The position numbers and the translations under genes were made by a program. Shown here piece by piece: positions 18,186 to 26,427 of a stretch of DNA of 64,000 bases (positions are counted from its first letter, which is position 1; each line of letters begins with the position of its first letter). The stretch lies in the IMG/VR virus record IMGVR_UViG_3300036790_000468, positions 32,001-96,000 of that record; one strand, written 5' to 3'. This DNA is from a virus. The notes under the pieces were generated by a model. That model worked only from the letters and a program-made list of their open reading frames with translations, did no database searches and had not been told where the DNA came from.

Positions 18186-19562
18186 ATGGGATACGCAGAG
18201 CGCTCCGGGAAGTTCGAGAACGGCAAGCCGAAGTACCGCGCGCGCTGGCAGTTGCCCGAGCGCACCGAGAAGGGGCGCCGCAAGGAGGGGCACGAGGACG
18301 GCTTCACCGACCCGGACTCCGCCCGGCAGTACGCGAACGACCAGGAAGCGCTGATCCGCGCAGGGCTGTACTTCGACCCGAGCGCCGGGAAGATAAGCCT
18401 CGCCGAGTACTTCGACCTGTGGCTCCCGATCCAAAAGGTCAAGCCAGGAACGAAACTCACCTACCGGCAGTACTTCAACCGGGAGATCAAACCCGCGTGG
18501 GGCGGCACACCCCTGGTGGAGATCAAGACCATGCGCCTCATGCAGTGGCTCGGCGCACTCAACGACCCGCAATCCCCGCGCAGACTGTCCAAATCGGCGA
18601 TCAACCTCGTCGAAACCATCCTCAACGGCATGTTCGCGCTCGCCGTCTACGAGGACCGCATCCGCAAGTCCCCGATCCCGCCTCCCTCGGCCGGCGGCCG
18701 AGGGGGCGACGGCTACAAGCCGGTGCGTGAGGGGCAGATCTTCACCCGCGACGAGTTCGCAGCCCTCCTGGCGAACCTCGCCACCTGGCACGACGTCGTG
18801 TTCTGCATCACCATGCTCTTCCTCGGCACCCGCGTCTCGGAGACCGCGGCTGTGTGCCGCAGCAAACTGAAACTGCAGGTGCCCAGGTTCCCCGGCGAAC
18901 TGTTCGAAGGCACGTATCTGCTAGATCCACTGACCGGCCAGCTCGCCAAGGACGAGTACTACGTCCTCGACTTCGCCTCACCGAAGTCAGGCCCCGGGCG
19001 CCTGCTGGACCTGCCACCCTTCCACGTCGCCCTGCTCGCCGACTGGATCGGGCGCATTCCGAAAGATCGCGACCGGCTCTTCGCCGCGCCGATGGGCGGC
19101 ATGCTGCGCGTGAACGAATGGAACGCCCACGTCTTCCGCCCGGCCTGCGACGGACGTGAGGCGTACGCCAGTCCGCACGGGCGCAACTTCCACCCGGCCA
19201 TCGCGCCTGCCTGCCCGGGTAGAGTCACCCACGACTTCAAGCACACCGCAAAATCGATCATGGCCGACGCTCGCGTGAACGAGATCATGCAGAACTACTC
19301 GCTCGGGCACCGCGAGCAGGGATCCTCGGCCCCCTACAAGCACCCCACGCCCAAGATGCGCCAGGAGCGGCTCGACGCCCTCCAGGGGATCTGGGAGGAG
19401 TGGGCCATCGAGCTCACGGAGCTCCCCGCGTGGCACGCCAAGGACGGCCCCGGCACGCGCCGCTCGGAGCTCCCGGCGCCCCGGTTCGCGGACCCCGCCA
19501 CCGTGCTTCAGTCCGTGTCGACTCCGGTTCTACTCCAAGTCGATCAGCCGACGCTTTTCTAG
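18186..19562 (+). CDS. int: Tyrosine integrase
   Basis: Arm-binding N-terminus (KYRARW...DGF), GTRVSE, SPKS, HDFKH, LGH, APYKHP. Confidence 0.92.
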   Translation: MGYAERSGKFENGKPKYRARWQLPERTEKGRRKEGHEDGFTDPDSARQYANDQEALIRAGLYFDPSAGKISLAEYFDLWLPIQKVKPGTKLTYRQYFNREIKPAWGGTPLVEIKTMRLMQWLGALNDPQSPRRLSKSAINLVETILNGMFALAVYEDRIRKSPIPPPSAGGRGGDGYKPVREGQIFTRDEFAALLANLATWHDVVFCITMLFLGTRVSETAAVCRSKLKLQVPRFPGELFEGTYLLDPLTGQLAKDEYYVLDFASPKSGPGRLLDLPPFHVALLADWIGRIPKDRDRLFAAPMGGMLRVNEWNAHVFRPACDGREAYASPHGRNFHPAIAPACPGRVTHDFKHTAKSIMADARVNEIMQNYSLGHREQGSSAPYKHPTPKMRQERLDALQGIWEEWAIELTELPAWHAKDGPGTRRSELPAPRFADPATVLQSVSTPVLLQVDQPTLF

Positions 19563-19839
19563 CGTCCGGACGATGGCAAAGTGGCACGTTGTACCTATCA
19601 ATGCCATACCGTGGTGTCTCGCTCAAAGTGGAACGACTACTTCACGAGGGCGGCGATGCCCGCGCTGCGGGTGGCCGACTTCAACATGTCCTCGGTGTCT
19701 CAGGCGAGCTGACCCGGTCTCGGCCTGCGGGGGAGGCTGTGCCGCTTCCTGTTCGATCGGTGCGCTCCGGTTCGTTAGCGTGCGTTCGCGTGCGTCCCGG
19801 GGCGTCCGCGCGCCATGATCCACTCCAAAATCACTCCAG
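19520..19839. promoter_or_regulatory. Putative attP with paired arm-type sites
   Basis: Two tandem ACTCC(A) pairs, each at 11-bp spacing (19521/19532 and 19822/19833), flanking a non-coding region after int; core not identified. Confidence 0.55.
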
Positions 19840-20049
19840 ATCTTGGCCGAATCACGGGGCTGCGACCTGCGGGAAATCGCGACGCGGACGGACGCCCGCT
19901 CCGGCGCATCCGAGGTCGGTGATCTTCGACGAGGGGGCGGCGAGCGCCGTGCCTCCACCCCTGCTGCGCCCGTTGCCCGATGCGCCACCGATCTCGACCA
20001 CGGCGGCGTATCCTCCCCGTGTACCGGCCGTCACAGGTAGGAGGGGACG

Positions 20050-20505
20050 ATGACCGGAGGGGACGGCATAGTCATCGGCGCCGTGGCCACGTTCGTGGCG
20101 ATGCGCTACGTGATGGGGGTCAGGGCTCATCGCCGCCGCCAAGAGCGTCTGCGCCGGGCCCGAGCCGAAGGGCGCGGGCTCCTCGCGGCCCAGGCCTCCG
20201 CGGCGGCGAGCCGGTCGCCAGCGCTCGCCGTGGACCTGCAGCGCCCGCAGCCTCATCCACCGACCGACGCGGTGCCCCCCGAGTATCTGTTGGCCCAGGC
20301 AGCGAAGCTCGTGGTCCAGACGCAGTACGGGTCGGTGAGGCTGCTCGAGCGCAGGCTGCGCCTGGACCGGTCCGAGGCCGAGTCCTTGATGGGCAAGCTC
20401 GAGTCGCGCGGGATCGTCGGGCCCGGCGAGGGGCGTGCGGCGCGCGACGTGCTGGTGCCGCCGGACGGATGGGAGGAGCTGTGCGGTGCCTTGGAGCAGT
20501 CCTAG
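20050..20505 (+). CDS. Membrane-anchored FtsK gamma-domain protein
   Basis: N-terminal TM; LLAQAAKLVVQTQYGSVRLLERRLRL...MGKLESRGIVGPGEGRAARDVL matches the FtsK gamma consensus. Confidence 0.85.
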   Translation: MTGGDGIVIGAVATFVAMRYVMGVRAHRRRQERLRRARAEGRGLLAAQASAAASRSPALAVDLQRPQPHPPTDAVPPEYLLAQAAKLVVQTQYGSVRLLERRLRLDRSEAESLMGKLESRGIVGPGEGRAARDVLVPPDGWEELCGALEQS

Positions 20506-21065
20506 ACCGCGCCGCACTCCGCAGCCATGCGTGAAATCGCGGCCTCGACCTCGTCCCACGGGTAGATCGGGACCCCCGTGCGCCCGTCCGGGCCCGGGAT
20601 CCGCGTCGAGGGGTGGCCGAAGCCGCCCGTGAACCTCACACCGGCGCCGCGCAGGGTAGCGATGCTCGCTGCGGCGGCCGGGTGCTGGGCGAGGGGGGCG
20701 TTGACCCAGGGCACCGCCGTGATCGGCACGCCGGAGCCGAGCCCTTCGTTGATCAAGCCCATGGCGAGGGTGTCGGAGATCCCGGCCGACCACTTGTTCA
20801 AACTATTGAACGTCAGCGGGCTGACAAGGAATGCGTCGGCGGCTGGAAGCGCCTCGGTCTCCTCCGGGCGCCGGTAGTCCGATCTGACCGGGAATCCCGT
20901 GGCTGCCTCGACCTGCGCCACCTCGCCGATGAACCGCACCGCCATCGGGGTCGGCACGACGCACACCGCGCTGAAGCCGGCCGCCGTGGCCATCGAGACG
21001 GCGCGCGGCGCCTCTCCCGCGGCGCGCGCTCCGCATACCACGACGTACAAGCACCGCTCCGCCAC
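20502..21065 (-). CDS. HFCD-family flavoprotein
   Basis: LYVVVCGA...VVPTPMA...ADAFLVSPLTFNSLNKWSAGISDTLA...PWVN. Confidence 0.85.
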   Translation of the reverse strand: MAERCLYVVVCGARAAGEAPRAVSMATAAGFSAVCVVPTPMAVRFIGEVAQVEAATGFPVRSDYRRPEETEALPAADAFLVSPLTFNSLNKWSAGISDTLAMGLINEGLGSGVPITAVPWVNAPLAQHPAAAASIATLRGAGVRFTGGFGHPSTRIPGPDGRTGVPIYPWDEVEAAISRMAAECGAV

Positions 21066-21141
21066 AATTCCTCCGAGAGCCGGGTCCGTTTGGACGCTCG
21101 GCGTGACACTATCCCGGTAGAGACCTCGAGTGCGAAAGCTG

Positions 21142-22350
21142 ATGTCGATGCCTGAGATCCTGTTTCAGGAGACGCCCGGCGACCGGGTCAAGATGCTGCG
21201 CAAACGCGCCGGGCTGACGCAGCAGGAGCTCGCGCTGCAGGTGGACCGCACCCAGGGGTGGGTATCCCAGGTCGAGCGCAGCAAATTCGATCTCGATCAG
21301 GTCTCCATCGTCAACTCGCTCGCGCGCGCGCTTCACGCCCACCCCCGCGAGATCCTCGGCGAGCCCGGCGTCGAGGACGGCGGGCACCGCGGACTCGAAT
21401 CGGCCAACGAGCTCCTGCGCCGATTGCGCCGGTTGGATCTGCCCCCGAACACCGACCTGCATCGGCCGCTCCCCGAGGTGGAGAAGGACTCGCACAAGGT
21501 CGCTGCTCTGCGCGGGGCCGCGGAATACACCGCGATGGGGTCACCGACCGTGGCCCTCTTCGAGGACCTGCACGCCGCGTGCGCCGATCCGTCGCCGAAA
21601 ACGCGCGAGCAGGCGTTCAGGCTTCTGACCTTCGCCTGCAAGGAGGCGCACTCCTTCGGGTACGGGCTGAACCATCCGCACCTGGTCGAGGTGGCAACGC
21701 TGCGGGCACGCTGGTGCGCGCAGCAGTCGGACGACCCGCTGCTCTCGGCGCTCGCCGACTACATGGCAGCGCGCGACGCGTGGACGACAGCGGACTGGGA
21801 GGATGCGAACCTGCTCGTCGACCGGGCCTTGTACACGGTGGAGTCATCGGACGCGGGGCGCGCCGCACGCGCGTCGATGGCCGGCGCGCTGCACCTACGC
21901 GCCGCGATCACCGCTGCGCGCACCGGTAACGGCGACGAGGCCTACGCCCGGCTCGACGCCGCGGCCGACGCCGCGCACGAACTCGACAACCAGGCCGACC
22001 CGTACCTCAACTGCTTCTCGACAGGCAACGTGCAGATCCACCGAGTCGCGGTCGCCGTCGAGCTCGGCGACGGCGCCGAGGCGGTGCGCGCATCGAGAGG
22101 CCTGGTCATCCCGAAGGATCTGCCGCGTTCGCGCGCCGCGCACCACTTCCTCGACACCGCGCGCGGCTGGGTGTGGGTAGGGGAGACGGAGCGCGGCCTG
22201 GCAGCGCTCGAGCGCGCGGACCGTCTCGCACCTCAGTTCGTGCGCAATCACCCGATGGCCAGGGCCACCGTGCGTTCGCTGCTGCGGGCAGAGAAGCGCT
22301 CCACTCGTGAGCGGCTGCGGAGCATGGCGACGCGCGTGGGTGTCGCCTGA
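21142..22350 (+). CDS. XRE-family HTH regulator with helical (TPR-like) C-terminus
   Basis: GDRVKMLRKRAGLTQQELALQVDRTQGWVSQVER; typical actinomycete architecture. Confidence 0.88.
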   Translation: MSMPEILFQETPGDRVKMLRKRAGLTQQELALQVDRTQGWVSQVERSKFDLDQVSIVNSLARALHAHPREILGEPGVEDGGHRGLESANELLRRLRRLDLPPNTDLHRPLPEVEKDSHKVAALRGAAEYTAMGSPTVALFEDLHAACADPSPKTREQAFRLLTFACKEAHSFGYGLNHPHLVEVATLRARWCAQQSDDPLLSALADYMAARDAWTTADWEDANLLVDRALYTVESSDAGRAARASMAGALHLRAAITAARTGNGDEAYARLDAAADAAHELDNQADPYLNCFSTGNVQIHRVAVAVELGDGAEAVRASRGLVIPKDLPRSRAAHHFLDTARGWVWVGETERGLAALERADRLAPQFVRNHPMARATVRSLLRAEKRSTRERLRSMATRVGVA

Positions 22351-22444
22351 TCAGAGGAATCTGACTCCGTATTAGCCCGGCTAATATTTCGCGCCTCCTG
22401 CGGTTCTACGGTGCCAACAGCACCTGCCGAAGGAGGCGCGCTCC

Positions 22445-22861
22445 ATGGCACTACCCGCCGAACGCCGCACACTGAAGTCGAGCGACGACGCCGCCGCGCT
22501 TGCGCAGTGGGCCGTCCACGCCGCTCAATCCCTCGACCCCGCGCTGCCGGCCCAGGCCGTGCGCGATGTCGGAGCCGTGGTGCACGCCCTGGTCGAGAAC
22601 GCGCAGCGCCACGGCACGCCGCCGATCACTGTCGAGGTGGCGGTCGCCAGCGTTCTCGTCGTCGAGGTGAGCGACCACGGCCCGGGGGCCCCGGTGATGC
22701 GCCCAGACCGAACCGGGGCCCTCGCCACCGTCGTCGATGTCCTCGCCATCCAGTGGGATGTGCTCGAGTTCGAGGGCGGCAAGACCGTATTCGCCGCCGT
22801 CGCGATCCCGGAACTCTCCTCAGCCCTTCCTGCCGCACGCACACCGCGGAGCCACCCGTGA
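22445..22861 (+). CDS. HATPase_c anti-sigma-factor-like protein
   Basis: LVENAQRHG (N box), VEVSDHGPG (G1), WDV...GGKTVFA; G2 box degenerate. Confidence 0.8.
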   Translation: MALPAERRTLKSSDDAAALAQWAVHAAQSLDPALPAQAVRDVGAVVHALVENAQRHGTPPITVEVAVASVLVVEVSDHGPGAPVMRPDRTGALATVVDVLAIQWDVLEFEGGKTVFAAVAIPELSSALPAARTPRSHP

Positions 22862-23235
22862 GCGAATACACCAACCTGAACAACCGATACCTCGAGCCCG
22901 TCTGGATCGAAGGGGAGTGGGCCTGCGTCCACGCCCCCGGCGCCCTCGACTACCTGACCCAGGAGCGCGCCCGTTCCTACCTGATCGCCGCGGCGGCCAC
23001 GTCGCCGACGGGCAACCTCGCCGTCTACCTCGGCAACACCGCCTTCTGCGACTCGGCGGGCCTCGGGCTCCTTATCGGCGCGCGCAAACGCGCAGCAGCG
23101 CGCGGCGCCCGGGTCGCTCTCGTCGCGACGCCGCCCCTCCTGCTGGAGCGGCTGGCGCTCACGGGACTCAAGGATTGCTTCGAGCTGGTGCAGAGCATCG
23201 CCGAACTCACCGACGCGTCATCGAGGAGCTCCTGA
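22858..23235 (+). CDS. STAS-domain anti-anti-sigma factor
   Basis: GALDY...FCDSAGLGLL...LALTGL with the conserved phospho-Ser position. Confidence 0.88.
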   Translation: MSEYTNLNNRYLEPVWIEGEWACVHAPGALDYLTQERARSYLIAAAATSPTGNLAVYLGNTAFCDSAGLGLLIGARKRAAARGARVALVATPPLLLERLALTGLKDCFELVQSIAELTDASSRSS

Positions 23236-23624
23236 TGGCGTTCGACGTTACCGGCGCCTCTCGCGGCGCCGCATCCGAGGGCCGAGGCCGGCCCGATGTC
23301 GCTGCGCCGTTGACGGCCCCCGAGCTCGCCCAGGCGCTGCGCGAGGCCGCTATGGTGGCGCACGGCGACCGGCGCCACGATCTCCTCACCGTGCTGAACG
23401 TCTTGGCAAGCGACCATCGCCCCGACCTGCGCGAACTACCCACGCTCTGGCAGATCACGGACGCCGTCCGAGCCGTCTCGCTCTCGCCTGGCGCCCCGTA
23501 TGCAGGGTCTGCGAACGCCGCGCAGCGCTGGTGCTGGCAGCACGGGAAGAGTCTCGCTGACCTTCTCCTGGAGGCAGCGGTGCGGATCGAAGGCGGCGCA
23601 ACTGGCCGTGAGGGCGCCGGATGA
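23235..23624 (+). CDS. Hypothetical protein
   Basis: TGATG coupling and GAGGAG RBS. Confidence 0.6.
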   Translation: MAFDVTGASRGAASEGRGRPDVAAPLTAPELAQALREAAMVAHGDRRHDLLTVLNVLASDHRPDLRELPTLWQITDAVRAVSLSPGAPYAGSANAAQRWCWQHGKSLADLLLEAAVRIEGGATGREGAG

Positions 23625-23639
23625 ACGGGCGCCTCGCGG

Positions 23640-23894
23640 TCAGTCCCGTTGTCGCCGGCGCGCGAGGCGGTTGGCGGTCATCACGTTCATCGGCACCTGC
23701 TTGGCGACCGCCCGCTCGGATTCCCCCGTCTGCTCACGCTGCGCTCGGATGGCTGCGCCGATCGAGTCCCTGACTTTCGGGAGCGCGTCGAGCAATTCGC
23801 GCTCCAGTGCGAGCCCCGCGCGCGCTCTCTGCAGGGGATCGGGAATCGCCGCGACCTGCTCGATCCACGACGCGAGTTCAGATTCCCGGGACAC
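23640..23894 (-). CDS. Small HTH protein, candidate repressor of the transfer operon
   Basis: SERAVAKQVPMNVMTANRLA; divergent from the DUF2637-traB operon. Confidence 0.6.
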   Translation of the reverse strand: MSRESELASWIEQVAAIPDPLQRARAGLALERELLDALPKVRDSIGAAIRAQREQTGESERAVAKQVPMNVMTANRLARRRQRD

Positions 23895-23933
23895 AAGAAA
23901 AGAGATTAGCGCCGCAGAGCGCCGATCCGTGCA

Positions 23934-23947
23934 TAACACCCCTGTTA
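23934..23947. promoter_or_regulatory. Inverted repeat TAACA-N4-TGTTA, candidate operator
   Basis: AT-rich palindrome in the short divergent promoter region. Confidence 0.4.
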
Positions 23948-23973
23948 CACTGCGCCGCTCGAAGGAGGACACC

Positions 23974-24867
23974 ATGGCCACACCATCCAGCACCACCCCG
24001 CAGCGCGTCCTCGCCGTGGCGCGCATCGGCGGCGGCCTGTCCCTGGTCGCCGCCGCCATGATCAGCTTCGAGGGCCTCAACGGCCTCGGCGCCCTGATCG
24101 GCATCCACCCCTCGTGGCTGCTCCCGCTCGCGATCGACATCTACGCCGTCACCTGCGCCGTGGTCGCGCTGAACCTCCCCGCGGGGCACGCCGTGCGCGG
24201 GAGCGCCGTGGGCAACGCGGCACTCGGCCTGCTGATGTCGATGGGCGGCAACTCCACCTACCGCGGCATGACCCACGGCTGGTCCGGTCACAACATCATC
24301 CTGATGGTCGCGGACGCGTGCCCCAGCCTGATCGTCGAGAGACTGATCCACCTCGTCGGCGTCCTCGCGCGCGGCGCCGCGACCACCGAGACACGCGACG
24401 AGGCCGAGGCAGCCGCGCCCGCGCCAGTCCAGGCGCGCCGCGCCCAGCACACGCCTGTCGCTACCGCGCCGCGCCACGCCGCCAACGCCCAGCCGCTACC
24501 GGGCCCGGCGCCGCAACCGACCGCTACCGCTACCACCGCGCCCCCGACTGCTACCGAGCCCGCGCCCACCGCGCCGCCGCCCACCCCCACTACCGCGCCC
24601 GCGACCACCACCGCGCCCACCGCGCCCGGCCGAACGACCTTGAGCACCCCGACCGCGCGCCAGCAGAAGATCCGCAACCTGATCCTCGAGCGCGGCCGCG
24701 AGAACGTCGACGGCGCCATGGTCGGCGAAGCCCTCGGCGTGCACCGCTCCAACGGCCGCCTCGCCCTCAAGAAGTTCCTCGAAGACCTCGACGCGGGCCT
24801 CGTCTCGCTCAACGCGTCGTCGTCGTTGTCGTCGTCACCCGCAGTCGTCCCCGCGGCAACGCCGTGA
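23974..24867 (+). CDS. DUF2637/Spd-type membrane protein with C-terminal HTH
   Basis: ISFEGLNGLG...SWLLPLAIDIYAV...SMGGN; P/T/A linker; GAMVGEALGVHRSNGR. Confidence 0.8.
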   Translation: MATPSSTTPQRVLAVARIGGGLSLVAAAMISFEGLNGLGALIGIHPSWLLPLAIDIYAVTCAVVALNLPAGHAVRGSAVGNAALGLLMSMGGNSTYRGMTHGWSGHNIILMVADACPSLIVERLIHLVGVLARGAATTETRDEAEAAAPAPVQARRAQHTPVATAPRHAANAQPLPGPAPQPTATATTAPPTATEPAPTAPPPTPTTAPATTTAPTAPGRTTLSTPTARQQKIRNLILERGRENVDGAMVGEALGVHRSNGRLALKKFLEDLDAGLVSLNASSSLSSSPAVVPAATP

Positions 24868-24937
24868 CCGGCCAGAACCCAGGCGACGACACCCGGCGAC
24901 GACAACGACGACGCACGACGACAAGGACGACGACGAC

Positions 24938-26365
24938 ATGAGCAGCGACACCACCGGAGCCGCGGCCCCCGAACCGAAACCGGGCCGGGGCCCCCGGCAC
25001 CGCACCACCCGGCACGTTCTGGTGCACGGCACCGGAGCCACCGGGGTCTCTGCGCTGGCCGCCGCCGGCCACGCCTTCGGCCCGGCCGGGATAGCCGCAG
25101 CCGCCGGAGGCGGCGTGCTCATAGCCTGCGGCGGATACGCGCTGCGCCGGACCTCGAAGTCCCGCGGCCGCAGCCAGCGTCCGGCCCCGCGCCACCGCGT
25201 GCGCCGCCCGCAGACCGCGACCGGCGCACGCACCTCGGCGGGACTGCGTCGCGACCCGGGCGCGACCCCGCGACGCCCCGGCACCTCCGCGACCGGGGCG
25301 TCGCGGGGTCGCGCCGTACCGGCCGCGACCGGGTCACGTCGCGTCGCGGGACTGCGTCGCGCACAAGCCCCGTCGCGCACCGACGCGACGAAGGGCGGCC
25401 GGCGGGTTGCGACCACCGTTCGGCGACCGCGACCGATCTCGACCGCGCCCCGCGCCGCCGGTTCCTCGCGACGCGGCAAGAGCGCGACCGCCACGCGACC
25501 CGGTCGCGCCGGCGGAACCGGGCCCGTCTCGACGCGCCGGGCCCGGGAGGCCGCGACGCGCACCCGCGTCCGCCGCGTCGCAAAGCGCCCCGCGCCGCGC
25601 ATTCCCGCGCCTCCAACCGGAGCGCCGCGCGCTACCGCGGGCCGCCGCCCGACGCGACCCCTGGCCAGCACGCCACGCGGGCGCCGCGCTGCCCGGCGGC
25701 TGCGCCGGCGCGCCGCCCGCGCCTGGCGCTTCACCTCGGCTGGCGCCAAGGCCTCGCGCCCATACCTGCGACTTCGCCCGCCCGCCCAACACGGCAAGCC
25801 GCGGCTGAAAGCGGCCGCACGCCGCCAGCCGGCGCCGGGCGCCAAGAAGCCCCCGGCGAACAAAGATACGAACACCCCGCGCGCGAACAAGGCCCCGGCC
25901 AGCGCCACCGGCAGCCAGAAGGCAGCCAGAGTCCCTGCGCCGCGCCGCCCTGCAGCCAAGCCCGGGCGCCCCATCACACCCCCCGGCCGAGAGAAGGCAA
26001 CCGTGTCCGAAGCTGATATTTCGCCCGGCGGCATCACCGCCATCATCGACTCGATCCACCAGCACCTCGACGGCTTCGAACCCGACTCCGCGCTGGCGAT
26101 CCTCGGATTCCTCTCCGGGTTCGAGTCGCTCTACACCGAGCTCGGCGGCGCGCTGCTGCGCCTCGGCGACCGCCTGGGCAGCGACTACCCGATCGACCGC
26201 TCCGTCGTCGAGCACCTCCACGACATGGGCGCACACACCCTCACCCTCGGCGCGTGGGGCGCCCAGACACACCACCTGGCCCGCGCTGCCCACGAGACCG
26301 AAATCCAGCGCATCGAGCAGCCCCGCCCGCGCGAAGGCATGTGGGACGTGGACCGCTACAACTAG
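24938..26365 (+). CDS. Transfer-associated protein: TM, Arg/Thr-rich repeat region and C-terminal TraA-like domain (possible internal start at 26003)
   Basis: C-terminus ...YPIDRSVVEHL...HETEIQRIEQPRPREGMWDV, typical of genes preceding actinomycete traB. Confidence 0.7.
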   Translation: MSSDTTGAAAPEPKPGRGPRHRTTRHVLVHGTGATGVSALAAAGHAFGPAGIAAAAGGGVLIACGGYALRRTSKSRGRSQRPAPRHRVRRPQTATGARTSAGLRRDPGATPRRPGTSATGASRGRAVPAATGSRRVAGLRRAQAPSRTDATKGGRRVATTVRRPRPISTAPRAAGSSRRGKSATATRPGRAGGTGPVSTRRAREAATRTRVRRVAKRPAPRIPAPPTGAPRATAGRRPTRPLASTPRGRRAARRLRRRAARAWRFTSAGAKASRPYLRLRPPAQHGKPRLKAAARRQPAPGAKKPPANKDTNTPRANKAPASATGSQKAARVPAPRRPAAKPGRPITPPGREKATVSEADISPGGITAIIDSIHQHLDGFEPDSALAILGFLSGFESLYTELGGALLRLGDRLGSDYPIDRSVVEHLHDMGAHTLTLGAWGAQTHHLARAAHETEIQRIEQPRPREGMWDVDRYN

Positions 26366-26427
26366 CCACCCGAGCCGGCCGGGCGCGTCAGAGTGCGCGC
26401 GGCCCCAATCTTCGAAGGGATGGGCGG

